Part shown: positions 31,152 to 39,895 of the stretch, one piece after another
Numbering within the stretch: position 1 is the first letter of the stretch
Layout: each line of letters starts with the position of its first letter
Virus record (IMG/VR): IMGVR_UViG_2721755149_000018
Reading direction: 5' to 3' (one strand)
Source of the DNA: an uncultured virus (IMG/VR IMGVR_UViG_2721755149_000018)
Taxonomy: Duplodnaviria; Heunggongvirae; Uroviricota; Caudoviricetes
DNA length: 64,000 nt
The notes under the pieces: model-generated
Told to the model about the DNA's origin: nothing
The model's database searches: none
Seen by the model: only the letters and a program-made list of their open reading frames with translations
Translations under genes and position numbers: made by a program

Positions 31152-32036
31152 GTGAACGCAACTGAAACCACTGAAACCACTACGGAAACGAAGCCCGCCC
31201 CGCCGGCGCCCGGTCGAGCACTGCGCAAGGGTGAGAAGTTCATGTGGTTCAAGCAACTGCCAGGAACGAAGTTCAGTTCGTGCGACTTTGCGGTAGCACT
31301 CGCCATCGCAAACCGTACAAACGAAATGGGCAAGAATTCCTACCCTGCATTGAAGACGCTCGTGGAGGAGACCGGGCGTAGCAACGCGTCCGTCGTCCGG
31401 TCGATTGAGAACGTCATTGCGTCCGGCCTGATCGCCAAGGTTCGCACCGGCGGCGGGCGAGTGTCGAATGAGTACGAACTGCGGATCGTGGAACGGGTCG
31501 AATCGCCCTCGAATGGGTCTGTCGAGAAGCTGGATGTGACACCGGACGACGCATCGAGCAGTCTCACCGATGAGAGTGCTGCTGTCTCAGCCGTGGAGTC
31601 GAGCAGTCTCACCGATGAGACACGAACAGATCCAAAGCAACAGATCACTACATCAGATCAATTACTACGTTCCTCCGAAACAAGTGCCGGAGGTTTTGAC
31701 AAGCGTTCCACCGCTTCCGCGGAGGCGCCCAAGAAGAAGCCGAAGACACCTCTTGATCCACGGAACTTCCCTTCCGACTTCCACGCCAGTAGCGCGATTC
31801 AGAACGACGTGGATGTGCATGAGGCACTAAACAAGTTCTGCTGGCAGCATGCGGGTCGGCGCGCGGAGAACTGGGGCGCCAAGTTCGGCCAGTACATCAA
31901 GTCGTTCGCGAAGGATCGTGAAGAAATCGAGTTCCACGTTCCGAACACGGAGTATGACGACAATTTCGATTACGTCGCATACGTCGCGTCGTTGCGGACC
32001 GAGGAGGCTCGTCAGCGTGCTGCCGCTCGGGTTTAA
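31152..32036 (+). CDS. RepA/lambda-O-like replication initiator (winged HTH)
   Basis: SYPALKTLVEETGRSNASVVRSI...GLI.K...N.Y.L; internal iterons. Confidence 0.75.
   Translation: MNATETTETTTETKPAPPAPGRALRKGEKFMWFKQLPGTKFSSCDFAVALAIANRTNEMGKNSYPALKTLVEETGRSNASVVRSIENVIASGLIAKVRTGGGRVSNEYELRIVERVESPSNGSVEKLDVTPDDASSSLTDESAAVSAVESSSLTDETRTDPKQQITTSDQLLRSSETSAGGFDKRSTASAEAPKKKPKTPLDPRNFPSDFHASSAIQNDVDVHEALNKFCWQHAGRRAENWGAKFGQYIKSFAKDREEIEFHVPNTEYDDNFDYVAYVASLRTEEARQRAAARV
31554..31665. repeat. putative replication origin: iterons plus AT-richer CAGATC repeats
   Basis: TCGAGCAGTCTCACCGATGAGA at 31554 and 31599; CAGATC at 31627, 31641, 31654. Confidence 0.7.
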
Positions 32037-32136
32037 CTAAAGTGGTTACCGTGTGCAAGTGTGGTAACCTTGGAGTCGCGGCAGAGCTGTCTCAATCGCC
32101 AGCCGATCACCTTCCTCCACGTCACCAGGAGACGTC

Positions 32137-32445
32137 GTGACCCAGAAGCCCAGCATTGGCCGGATCGTGCACTACGCATCGAAGAATGGCGACGGCATTA
32201 TTTCGCCCGCCATTGTTCTGCGAACCCGCGACACCACCAACCTCGACGTTATCAACCGCTGGGGACCCAGCCCTGCCGGAACCCTTTCCGGCAAGGGTCG
32301 TCCCGCCGATCTCGTCGCCGAACTTCCCGACGACACCACGATTGATCTCCTGGTGTGGGGCCTTGGCGGCGACTATCGAGAGTTTGCGGTTCCGTTCAAT
32401 GCGGATGGCGCTCCCAGGTCGTGGAATTGGCCGCCGCGCGTCTGA
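32137..32445 (+). CDS. conserved small phage protein
   Basis: KPSIGRIVHY...PAIV...W.WPPRV. Confidence 0.75.
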   Translation: MTQKPSIGRIVHYASKNGDGIISPAIVLRTRDTTNLDVINRWGPSPAGTLSGKGRPADLVAELPDDTTIDLLVWGLGGDYREFAVPFNADGAPRSWNWPPRV

Positions 32446-32627
32446 TTGGAGTCTGTTATGCGCGCTGAGGTTGCTTACCGGCTACGCAGGATCGCCGACC
32501 GGATCGCGCCGGCCCCAACACTCGCCACACGAACCCCGACGATCGGGGAACTGGATTATGTGTGGCGCTACCTGGAACGCGCCAAGGTTCCGTCGCTGGC
32601 GGAGCGGGAACTCATCTTAGGTATCCG

Positions 32628-32861
32628 ATGATCCCCATATGGTGGTCCATCCTGCTCGCCGCCATCGGCATCGCAGGCATCTACGTCACCACACGGAAAC
32701 TCTGGTGGGGATTCGCACTCGGACTCGCAGCGCAACTACTGTGGATCGCCTACGCGATTGCCACGGCCCAGTACGGGTTCATTCTGTCTGCGATCGGATA
32801 CGGCATCGTGTATTGGATCGGTGCCCGGAAGTGGTTCCAGGAACGCAACACCACGGTTTAG
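32628..32861 (+). CDS. small three-TM membrane protein, PnuC-like
   Basis: WWS..L...G..G.Y....K.WWG..LG...Q.LW..YA....QYGF. Confidence 0.6.
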   Translation: MIPIWWSILLAAIGIAGIYVTTRKLWWGFALGLAAQLLWIAYAIATAQYGFILSAIGYGIVYWIGARKWFQERNTTV

Positions 32862-32901
32862 CGAACCCGGTTACCGTCTACACGTGTGGTAAACTTGCGT
32901 T

Positions 32902-33243
32902 TGTTCGAGATGGTTGGGTGGAACGGTGGCGGATGTGAACGAACCTCACCTTTCAGGTTCAAAGCACACCCCACGATCCGTGACCAATCCCCGTGGTTGC
33001 GGGGAGGGTGTTGCTGCATCCGCCACCACCCGACCCGAACATTGACAACACAATAGAGACTTGGCAGTAGGCCCGCACACGCTGCGGGTTAGGAACTGCC
33101 ATGCTGGCCCGCTTCCTAGGACGTGCGCGGTCGGCTGCCGCCAGGGGCGCGTCTGGCCTCAACAACGCGCTTCACTACCCCGCCGCGAGGGACAGAGCGG
33201 AAGCGGCTTGGGTGGGATACCGCACGCATGCGCGTACGCCCAC
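32902..33243 (+). ncRNA. putative structured ncRNA cluster 1 (four folded modules)
   Basis: Nested complementary segments, no credible ORF, begins just downstream of TGG-TAAACT extended -10. Confidence 0.6.
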
Positions 33244-33286
33244 ACAAACCCAACAACACCAACACCAACACCAACAGGAAAACAAC

Positions 33287-33664
33287 ATGGGCGTACGAGT
33301 CCTCCCCTCCATCAACGACCGATTCGACATCTTCCACGACAACGCGACAGGATGGCACGTCGACGACGACGGACGCCTCCACATCCGCGGAAAACGTGGA
33401 AGCGACGGCGCCGCAGGCAACATCGCCACATACAACAAAGACATGTGGTTCTCCGTCGAGGACAACACCAGCCGCGTCGAAGCCTCGGAAAAGGTTGAGG
33501 AGTACCAGTCGCCCGGAACGGATGCCGCCAAGCCTGTAGTGGAATACACCACAGGCACGGTCGCTGTCGAGCATCCAACGGCAACGGTAATTAACAACAC
33601 TTACGAAGCGGATGCCCGTCACGCGGAACGACTGGCGAAGACGCAGCAGTATCGCGCAAGGTGA
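33287..33664 (+). CDS. hypothetical beta-rich protein between ncRNA clusters
   Basis: (CAACAC)n leader, AGGA RBS, ATG 33287. Confidence 0.7.
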   Translation: MGVRVLPSINDRFDIFHDNATGWHVDDDGRLHIRGKRGSDGAAGNIATYNKDMWFSVEDNTSRVEASEKVEEYQSPGTDAAKPVVEYTTGTVAVEHPTATVINNTYEADARHAERLAKTQQYRAR

Positions 33665-33814
33665 TAGCTACCCTGCCCCAGGGTTAAGTGGGGAAGTGGT
33701 CACGGTGCAGCCATCCGGACGGTTGGTGAACACCCGAAACCCCGGCAGCCAGCGCAACACTGCCGACAATTTCATAGCGGGCGTAGGGACTGGACCTCCA
33801 CTGGCGCCCGCCCT

Positions 33815-33887
33815 TGGTGCGTAGCTCAACTGGAAGAGCAGCGGATTCCAAACCCGCCGGTTGCAGGTTCGAGTCCTGCCGCATCAG
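33815..33887 (+). tRNA. trnW: tRNA-Trp(CCA)
   Basis: Acceptor TGGTGCG/CGCATCA, D stem GCTC/GAGC, loop TTCCAAA, T arm GCAGG-TTCGAGT-CCTGC; A31-C39 mismatch. Confidence 0.85.
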
Positions 33888-33891
33888 CAAA

Positions 33892-34147
33892 GACCGACAG
33901 TCGTACCCGCGATGGGTGGCTGGCACCTGAATTGACAGGGCGTGTGCACGACGACCGCGGAAACGCGTGCACACTCGGTCATCAACTTGGGGACGGAAAC
34001 GTGGACACCTTGTGTGTCTCCACCGTTCGAGTGAGGGCGCGCTGAACCCGACACTGAATGACGCTGGGTGCCCCGCAATGCGTCCCCGGCAGGAATGACG
34101 CCCACTGCGCAGCCCGCTTGGCTGCCGGCTTAGCTTCCAATGCCGGG
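33892..34147 (+). ncRNA. putative structured ncRNA modules between tRNAs
   Basis: Multi-way junctions closed by GACCGA/TCGGTC and GGGGACG/CGTCCCC. Confidence 0.55.
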
Positions 34148-34150
34148 TTA

Positions 34151-34262
34151 TGGTGTGTAGCTCAGCGGTAGAGCGTCGTAACGGCAGACGACAGGGTGTA
34201 AACCTCCCCAGCGGAGTCTCCCACTGTTGCGAACGTCGCAGGTTCGAATCCTGCCACACCAA
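34151..34262 (+). ncRNA. tRNA-like RNA with greatly extended anticodon arm
   Basis: Intact acceptor, D and T arms; 47 nt replace the 7-nt anticodon loop. Confidence 0.75.
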
Positions 34263-34517
34263 CGTAGACCGCCCCGGTACTCAGTGCCGGGGCATACGTA
34301 TATCCACAACTCAATACAGGAGCGGCGTGCAGCATGTTCGATGATCTCGACGACTACCGCCCCCACGTCGGGGACTTGGTGACCTTGCCCGACGTGCATC
34401 ACATCTGCCGCATCACCCGCATCCACAAAACACCTATCCCGTATTGCGAGGCAGAGGTGCGTGGTGTGCGGTTCGCCGTCAACCTCTCCACCATCCAACC
34501 CCACCAGGAGCACACCA

Positions 34518-34757
34518 TTGCCTGACATCACCCTGTACTCCAAGCCCGGATGTGTTCAGTGCCGAGCTACCGTCAAGCGGCTGCAACTCAAGCGACTCGA
34601 CTACACGTACGTGGATGTCACCGAAAGCGACGACGCATGGCAGAAGGCCGCACAGTACGGGATCTCCCAGATGCCGATCGTGGTTGCAGGGGATCAGGTC
34701 TGGGGCGGCTACAAGCCCGAAGCGATCGACGCACTCTCGCTGGAGGTGCAGAACTAG
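34518..34757 (+). CDS. nrdH: NrdH-like glutaredoxin
   Basis: TLYSKPGCVQC...PIVV....WGGYKP; AGGAG RBS, TTG start. Confidence 0.9.
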   Translation: MPDITLYSKPGCVQCRATVKRLQLKRLDYTYVDVTESDDAWQKAAQYGISQMPIVVAGDQVWGGYKPEAIDALSLEVQN

Positions 34758-34953
34758 TGGCTACCGAAACCAACGCGACATGGTTCGACGGCGCACTCAG
34801 CGAATACGTCCAAGGTGCCAGCGAGAAGCGTGAGGGTATCGACTGGTCAACACCGTTCACTGATTCGCTTCCGCGCACATCCGCGGGGATCGCGCAGGGT
34901 TGGTGGTTCGACGAAACGGTTGGTAGGCCGCAGTTTGTGTGGGGGAGGGGCTA

Positions 34954-35748
34954 GTGCTGTTTCACCAATCAGACGACCTCACCGTCTACAACGCCGATCT
35001 GCTAGATGCACTCCCGCAGCTCGCTCCACAGTCGATTGATAGTGTGGTCACGTCCCCTCCGTACGCGATGCAACGCAAGAGCACCTACGGGGGTGTGCCC
35101 GAAGCGGACTACCCAGAGTGGACCGTCGCATGGATGCGCGCATTGAAGCCCGCACTCGCTGAACGTGGATCGGTGATGATCAACATTTCACCCCACGTGC
35201 GCGGCGGGATGCTCTCCGACTATGTCCTACGGATGCGCCTCGCCTTGCGTGCCGACGGATGGTTCGAGCATGACGAGCTTGTGTGGGTGAAGCCGAACGG
35301 CTTCCCTGCGGGAGCGAAGGCGCGACCGACCCGATCGTGGGAATCTGTCTTCTGGTACTCGCTTACCCCGAAACCGTGGGCAGATCCGACTCGGAACGGG
35401 AACGAGAACACCCACGCTCCAGGCTTTCATCGCGCAGCAGCGTGGAACCATGTCGGAAAAGCCTCGAATTCGACGCCGCCAAGGGCTAACTGTCGCAACT
35501 ACGTCAGTGTTGGTGTAGGGAGATCAACCAGCGGCTTCACGCATCCAGCCCCATACCCTGCACGCCTAGCGGATTGGTTGATGAAGATCAACACTCCTGA
35601 TGGCGGGACAGTGCTGGACCCGTTCGCCGGATCGGGGACAACCGCTGTCGCAGCGCACGCTAACGGCTTCAAGTCCGTTGCGATTGAGCGCGACCCGCAG
35701 TACGCGCAGATGATCGTCGATCGATACAAGTCGGTCACGCTCGCATAA
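34954..35748 (+). CDS. beta-class N4-C/N6-A DNA methyltransferase
   Basis: TSPPY before HPAPYP...VLDPFAGSGTT. Confidence 0.9.
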   Translation: MLFHQSDDLTVYNADLLDALPQLAPQSIDSVVTSPPYAMQRKSTYGGVPEADYPEWTVAWMRALKPALAERGSVMINISPHVRGGMLSDYVLRMRLALRADGWFEHDELVWVKPNGFPAGAKARPTRSWESVFWYSLTPKPWADPTRNGNENTHAPGFHRAAAWNHVGKASNSTPPRANCRNYVSVGVGRSTSGFTHPAPYPARLADWLMKINTPDGGTVLDPFAGSGTTAVAAHANGFKSVAIERDPQYAQMIVDRYKSVTLA

Positions 35749-35858
35749 GTTTTGGCAGCCTTCGGGTTGCGTGCCCACGACCAGGAACGTGGGACCACCA
35801 ACAGGTGTTCAGCGGACCACCTAGACCAAAACCGCACACAACTTCACCAGGAGAACCA

Positions 35859-36527
35859 GTGGCAGCCACCATCGGCGAAGACGGAAGCGTTGAGCCTGAG
35901 GACACCCGCACTGTCGTGTCCGAAATCAAGTTGAAGCCCTCGCAGATCGGCGCCACCATCGGCGGAGAACCCGACGACACCACTGCCGCGCCCATCGCCA
36001 ACCCCCGCGGCGCTACACCGTCCGTGGACCTCACGCAAATCCAGCAGCGCCTGTTGGATCTTGCCGCCGGCAAAGTCGAAGACCCCGAACCCGTCGACAC
36101 CGACATGGAGTTCTTCTACGACGGGCTCAAGGTCATTCACCTCCCCGAATGGCGACAGTTGCCCGCCGACAGGATTCAGATCCCGCAGTGGCGGCGCGTA
36201 GCCGATGCACTGTATGAGCAGGGCTATCGGAGGCACCCCGAGCTGGAGGCGAAACGGTGGCAGCCCTCGCCTGGTACGACCGCGAGGAATCCGCACGATA
36301 TCGGGGCTTTCGTGGAACGACGCCCGGATGGTACGTGGCCGATTGTCGACCCCGAAGAGTTCTACAGCCCTGAGGGCATCAACGTGTCGGAGCAGGACGG
36401 TAAATGGTGTGCCGTGCATGAACGCGCCGGGATCGTGGAATACGCGGAGTCGCGTATGAAGGCGTATTTGGCGGTGGCGCACCAGCTCGAATCGATCATT
36501 GAGTCTGCGAAACGTTCAGAGGACTAG
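35859..36527 (+). CDS. DUF2744 (L5 gp29)-like paralog
   Basis: ALYEQGYRRHPELEAKRW matches HLYELGFRHHPELQEKKF of the 61506 ORF. Confidence 0.6.
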   Translation: MAATIGEDGSVEPEDTRTVVSEIKLKPSQIGATIGGEPDDTTAAPIANPRGATPSVDLTQIQQRLLDLAAGKVEDPEPVDTDMEFFYDGLKVIHLPEWRQLPADRIQIPQWRRVADALYEQGYRRHPELEAKRWQPSPGTTARNPHDIGAFVERRPDGTWPIVDPEEFYSPEGINVSEQDGKWCAVHERAGIVEYAESRMKAYLAVAHQLESIIESAKRSED

Positions 36528-36732
36528 CGGCGGTCTGTAGTGCCACATTCGCTGGTGGCCCCCGAAAGGGTTTGCAGCGCCGTGGTGGGGAAGAACGCTG
36601 CCATTTGTGCGCGCACCCCACCCGAGCCCGTGCACACGCCCGCTACCCGTGTGCACGGGCCAAAGCCATTTGCCACACACCTGTACGATAAACACAATCG
36701 AATACGCCGCCCCGGCGAGAAACCAGGACATC

Positions 36733-37722
36733 ATGCGCCACACCTTGACTGTGCTCGTGCTAGCACTTCTCGCCGGTCTCATCCAACTGTTAGCGGCACC
36801 ATCGGCGGGAGCCTGCCCGCAGACCGTGGTGATCGGTGTCGACGGCACCGGAAGCGTCGGGAACACGCCGAGTCTCGTCACCCAGCATGCCGATCCGTGG
36901 ATCGCGGAAGGTGCGGAGTTTCGGCGCATCGACTACCCCGGAAGCATTTGGCCCATCGGCCCGTATCCGTACGACCAGTCACGGCGTGACGGTATCGACG
37001 CAACCAAGGCTGAAATCAACGCTGTGCGCCGAGATTGCCCCGACACACACATACATCTAGTCGGCCATTCACAGGGCTCGGCAGTGGTCGGTGATGCTCT
37101 CGAAGAGCGCACCGCAGCCGGCGAATCCAACACCAACATCAGCGCAGACCTGTACGCCGACCCGCGCCACCCCGACACCGGCCTCGAAGTCGTCCTACCC
37201 GGCGCACTGCCCGGCTACACGCTCAAGGGAGAACGTGGCAGCACTGGCGAAGCGAAGGTGTATCAGCAGTGCGTCCAAGGCGACCCCATATGCGATTTTC
37301 CCCAGCCTCTCCAAGATCCGCTCGGACTCATCGACGCGCCCGCAGGGTACTGGTACAAGCACGGCTACCACCTCCCCGATTCACCCGAGCCCCGCAGTGG
37401 TACGCACGTCATCCCCGCAGGACCCATGACGCCGTTCATCCCGCCCGTGGAACAACGCCAGATCCCGTTCGCGCCCGAACTGCGTGACCTGGTCGACTAC
37501 GACGTGCCGACGCTGCCTGATGTGCCGCCGCTCCCGAACTTGACTGAGCCGTACGTGGAACGACCGTTGAGCGTCTACGTGCCCGATCGCGTGGAGCCGT
37601 ACGTGCCCGCGCCGATCCTCGATCATGTGCCGCCGCCGCTCCCGCAACTCCCGCCCCTGCCCGTCATCGAACTGCCCCCACTTCCCGCGCTACCCCAACT
37701 GCCTGCACTGCCCGCCCTGTAA
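36733..37722 (+). CDS. secreted cutinase/PE-PPE-like serine hydrolase with Pro-rich tail
   Basis: Hydrophobic signal peptide ending AGA; GHSQG; CVQGDPICD; HGY. Confidence 0.8.
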   Translation: MRHTLTVLVLALLAGLIQLLAAPSAGACPQTVVIGVDGTGSVGNTPSLVTQHADPWIAEGAEFRRIDYPGSIWPIGPYPYDQSRRDGIDATKAEINAVRRDCPDTHIHLVGHSQGSAVVGDALEERTAAGESNTNISADLYADPRHPDTGLEVVLPGALPGYTLKGERGSTGEAKVYQQCVQGDPICDFPQPLQDPLGLIDAPAGYWYKHGYHLPDSPEPRSGTHVIPAGPMTPFIPPVEQRQIPFAPELRDLVDYDVPTLPDVPPLPNLTEPYVERPLSVYVPDRVEPYVPAPILDHVPPPLPQLPPLPVIELPPLPALPQLPALPAL

Positions 37723-37752
37723 CCCCCTCACAACTACACCAGGAGTAGAACC

Positions 37753-38151
37753 GTGAGCAACGACTACGGAACAATCATCAACGAATTCCTCGACGCCGCT
37801 GGGAAACTTGTCGGTGTCGATGTGAAGGAAGCGTTCAAAGACCTTATCGAGGACATCACCATCGGATACCAGAAGGCCGACGGAAAGCACGCCGCTCAGG
37901 ACGATGACTTCGACGAGGTGCGGGACGTACTCGACAAGCTCGGAGTCGACAAGCCCATCGAAGGCGACAACGGCACCGCATCCGACAACTGGGAGATTGC
38001 ATTCCCCAGCGCAGGATTCGCATACACCGACACCTTCACCGCAGACCACGTGGAAACCGACGGTGGCGAACTCTCCGCATACCAGGGCAGCGAGCGTGTG
38101 TTCATCGCGGCAGCCGGCGACTGGACCTACGCGAAGAAGGTGGCGAAGTGA
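37753..38151 (+). CDS. acidic hypothetical protein
   Basis: AGGAG RBS, GTG start. Confidence 0.7.
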   Translation: MSNDYGTIINEFLDAAGKLVGVDVKEAFKDLIEDITIGYQKADGKHAAQDDDFDEVRDVLDKLGVDKPIEGDNGTASDNWEIAFPSAGFAYTDTFTADHVETDGGELSAYQGSERVFIAAAGDWTYAKKVAK

Positions 38152-39565
38152 GCAACTTCCCGTACAACGTCACGGACCCGTTCGAGATGATCGACCGACT
38201 CAAGGACTACCACACCGAAAAGGGTGATCTCGACAAGTACGTCGATCACCTCGCAGGCCAACTAAAGACCGCGTGGGCGCACATGGATGCGGCAGGCGCG
38301 GCACTCACCGAGGCGATCGGTGACGATTCGTGGAAGAGAAACAAGTGGGACCGCGACTTCTATGTCGATGGCAACGAAGTGAATCCCGATGGGCTCGTGG
38401 CTGGCATCAAGCGGCTTGCGCGGCTTCTTGAGTCCGAACGCAAGGCTCATGCGGTGAGCCTTGCGCGTCTCGGCGAGGTTCCGCGGGAGGCGGCGTGACG
38501 TTCAGTTTGCGGTTTCTGTTCCTGCACATCGACATCTACCTCCCGCCCCGCGGCGGCGACATGCTCGACATGGAACACGTCGCACTCACCACCGCCACCA
38601 AGGTCGTCGACCAAGCCATGCACGATGCGTTCTGTGAGGAATGCAGCGATGACGAGTGACGTGGCAGCGCTAGAGGCCGCGCTACTCGATGCACAGTTCG
38701 TGTACGCCGACACTCTCGCCGACCCCGACACGACCGTGGCAATGCGGGAACGCGCCTGCGAAGCCGTCCGGGTCGCCCGTGCACGCCTCCACATCGCCCG
38801 CAACCTCCACGCCCACACCAAGGACCACCCCAATGACTGACACCACCAGCGAGCACGTGGACGACGACACCCTCGCCCGCATGATCACCGGGGGAATGCT
38901 CGCCCACTTCATCGGCCTCCACGCCGACAACACAGAGCAGAAGTAACCGCCCGCGGGCACAAGGGAGACCACGCATGGCCGACAACGACACCGACCTTGT
39001 GCTCGGCACCATCACCATCCAACGCCGCATCGCCACCCGAGATGGCGAAGACTACATCACCGTCGAAACCATCGACGCAGCCGGCGAAAACCTCGCCCTC
39101 GTCGAAGCGTTCGGCATGATCGAACTCGCCCGCATGCACCTCACCAGCAGCGCACTCGGCTTCGAATACGAAGACGTGGAAGACGACGAATGAGCGCCCT
39201 CGAAGACCTTCACATCGTGCACGCCATGCGCACCCACGACCGCGCTATCGGCGACGAGAACGAAGGCGACTACCGGGTGGCATTCGACATGCTCCTCGAC
39301 CGCTACAACACCGAACGAGAACCCAAACACGCCGACGTGGAGAACCAGTGATCAACATTATCGTTGCACCAAGTGTTCAAGCTGGACGTGAATTCCAGCG
39401 CGAGCGCGAGACATTCCGCGACTGGCATGTTGTATCACCAGCCTCAATAAGGCGCGGTTCGATCCGCGGCCTAACGATCGGTGAATACATCACCCTCGAC
39501 GGCGCGTACCTCGACCAGTGTGCACGAGACGAGATCCGCGTCAGGCAACTTGGCAGGAGGTAGAG

Positions 39566-39781
39566 ATGGCTGATCTGAAACCTGGCGACGGAAACGCAGC
39601 ACGCCTAAAACTTTGGTGGTCAACCGAGGGTAGGCACCTGTGGGCAAACGACCCACACCCCTGGACGCGATTGAATCAACTCCTCAAGTCCAAAGGCGTG
39701 CCGAAACACATGGTCGACGGATTGACGATGAACATCTACCAAATGGTATTCCCCGGCCGCAAACCAGGGTCTCCCAAATAA
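39566..39781 (+). CDS. small conserved actinophage protein
   Basis: AGGAGG RBS; GNAARLK.WW...G...W....PWTRL. Confidence 0.65.
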   Translation: MADLKPGDGNAARLKLWWSTEGRHLWANDPHPWTRLNQLLKSKGVPKHMVDGLTMNIYQMVFPGRKPGSPK

Positions 39782-39895
39782 GACCGCTCGACATATCTGC
39801 ACAATCCCATAAATCAGGCCAGGAATCACACCGACCGCACGTAGCCCCGGAGGCACGTGCGGTTTCGCATACACGGACCCAGGAGGTTCACGACT

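Noticed and set aside
33101..33286. N-terminal extension of the 33287 ORF (QHQHQHQQ) given in the ORF track
   Set aside because: No RBS at 33101; region is better explained as folded RNA plus a CAACAC leader, with an RBS before ATG 33287
34151..34262. tmRNA or group I intron-containing tRNA
   Set aside because: Has a full D stem, no G3-U70 alanine identity pair and no tag ORF; insert too short for a self-splicing intron
34954..35748. Restriction-modification system
   Set aside because: No adjacent endonuclease; orphan methylases are common in phages
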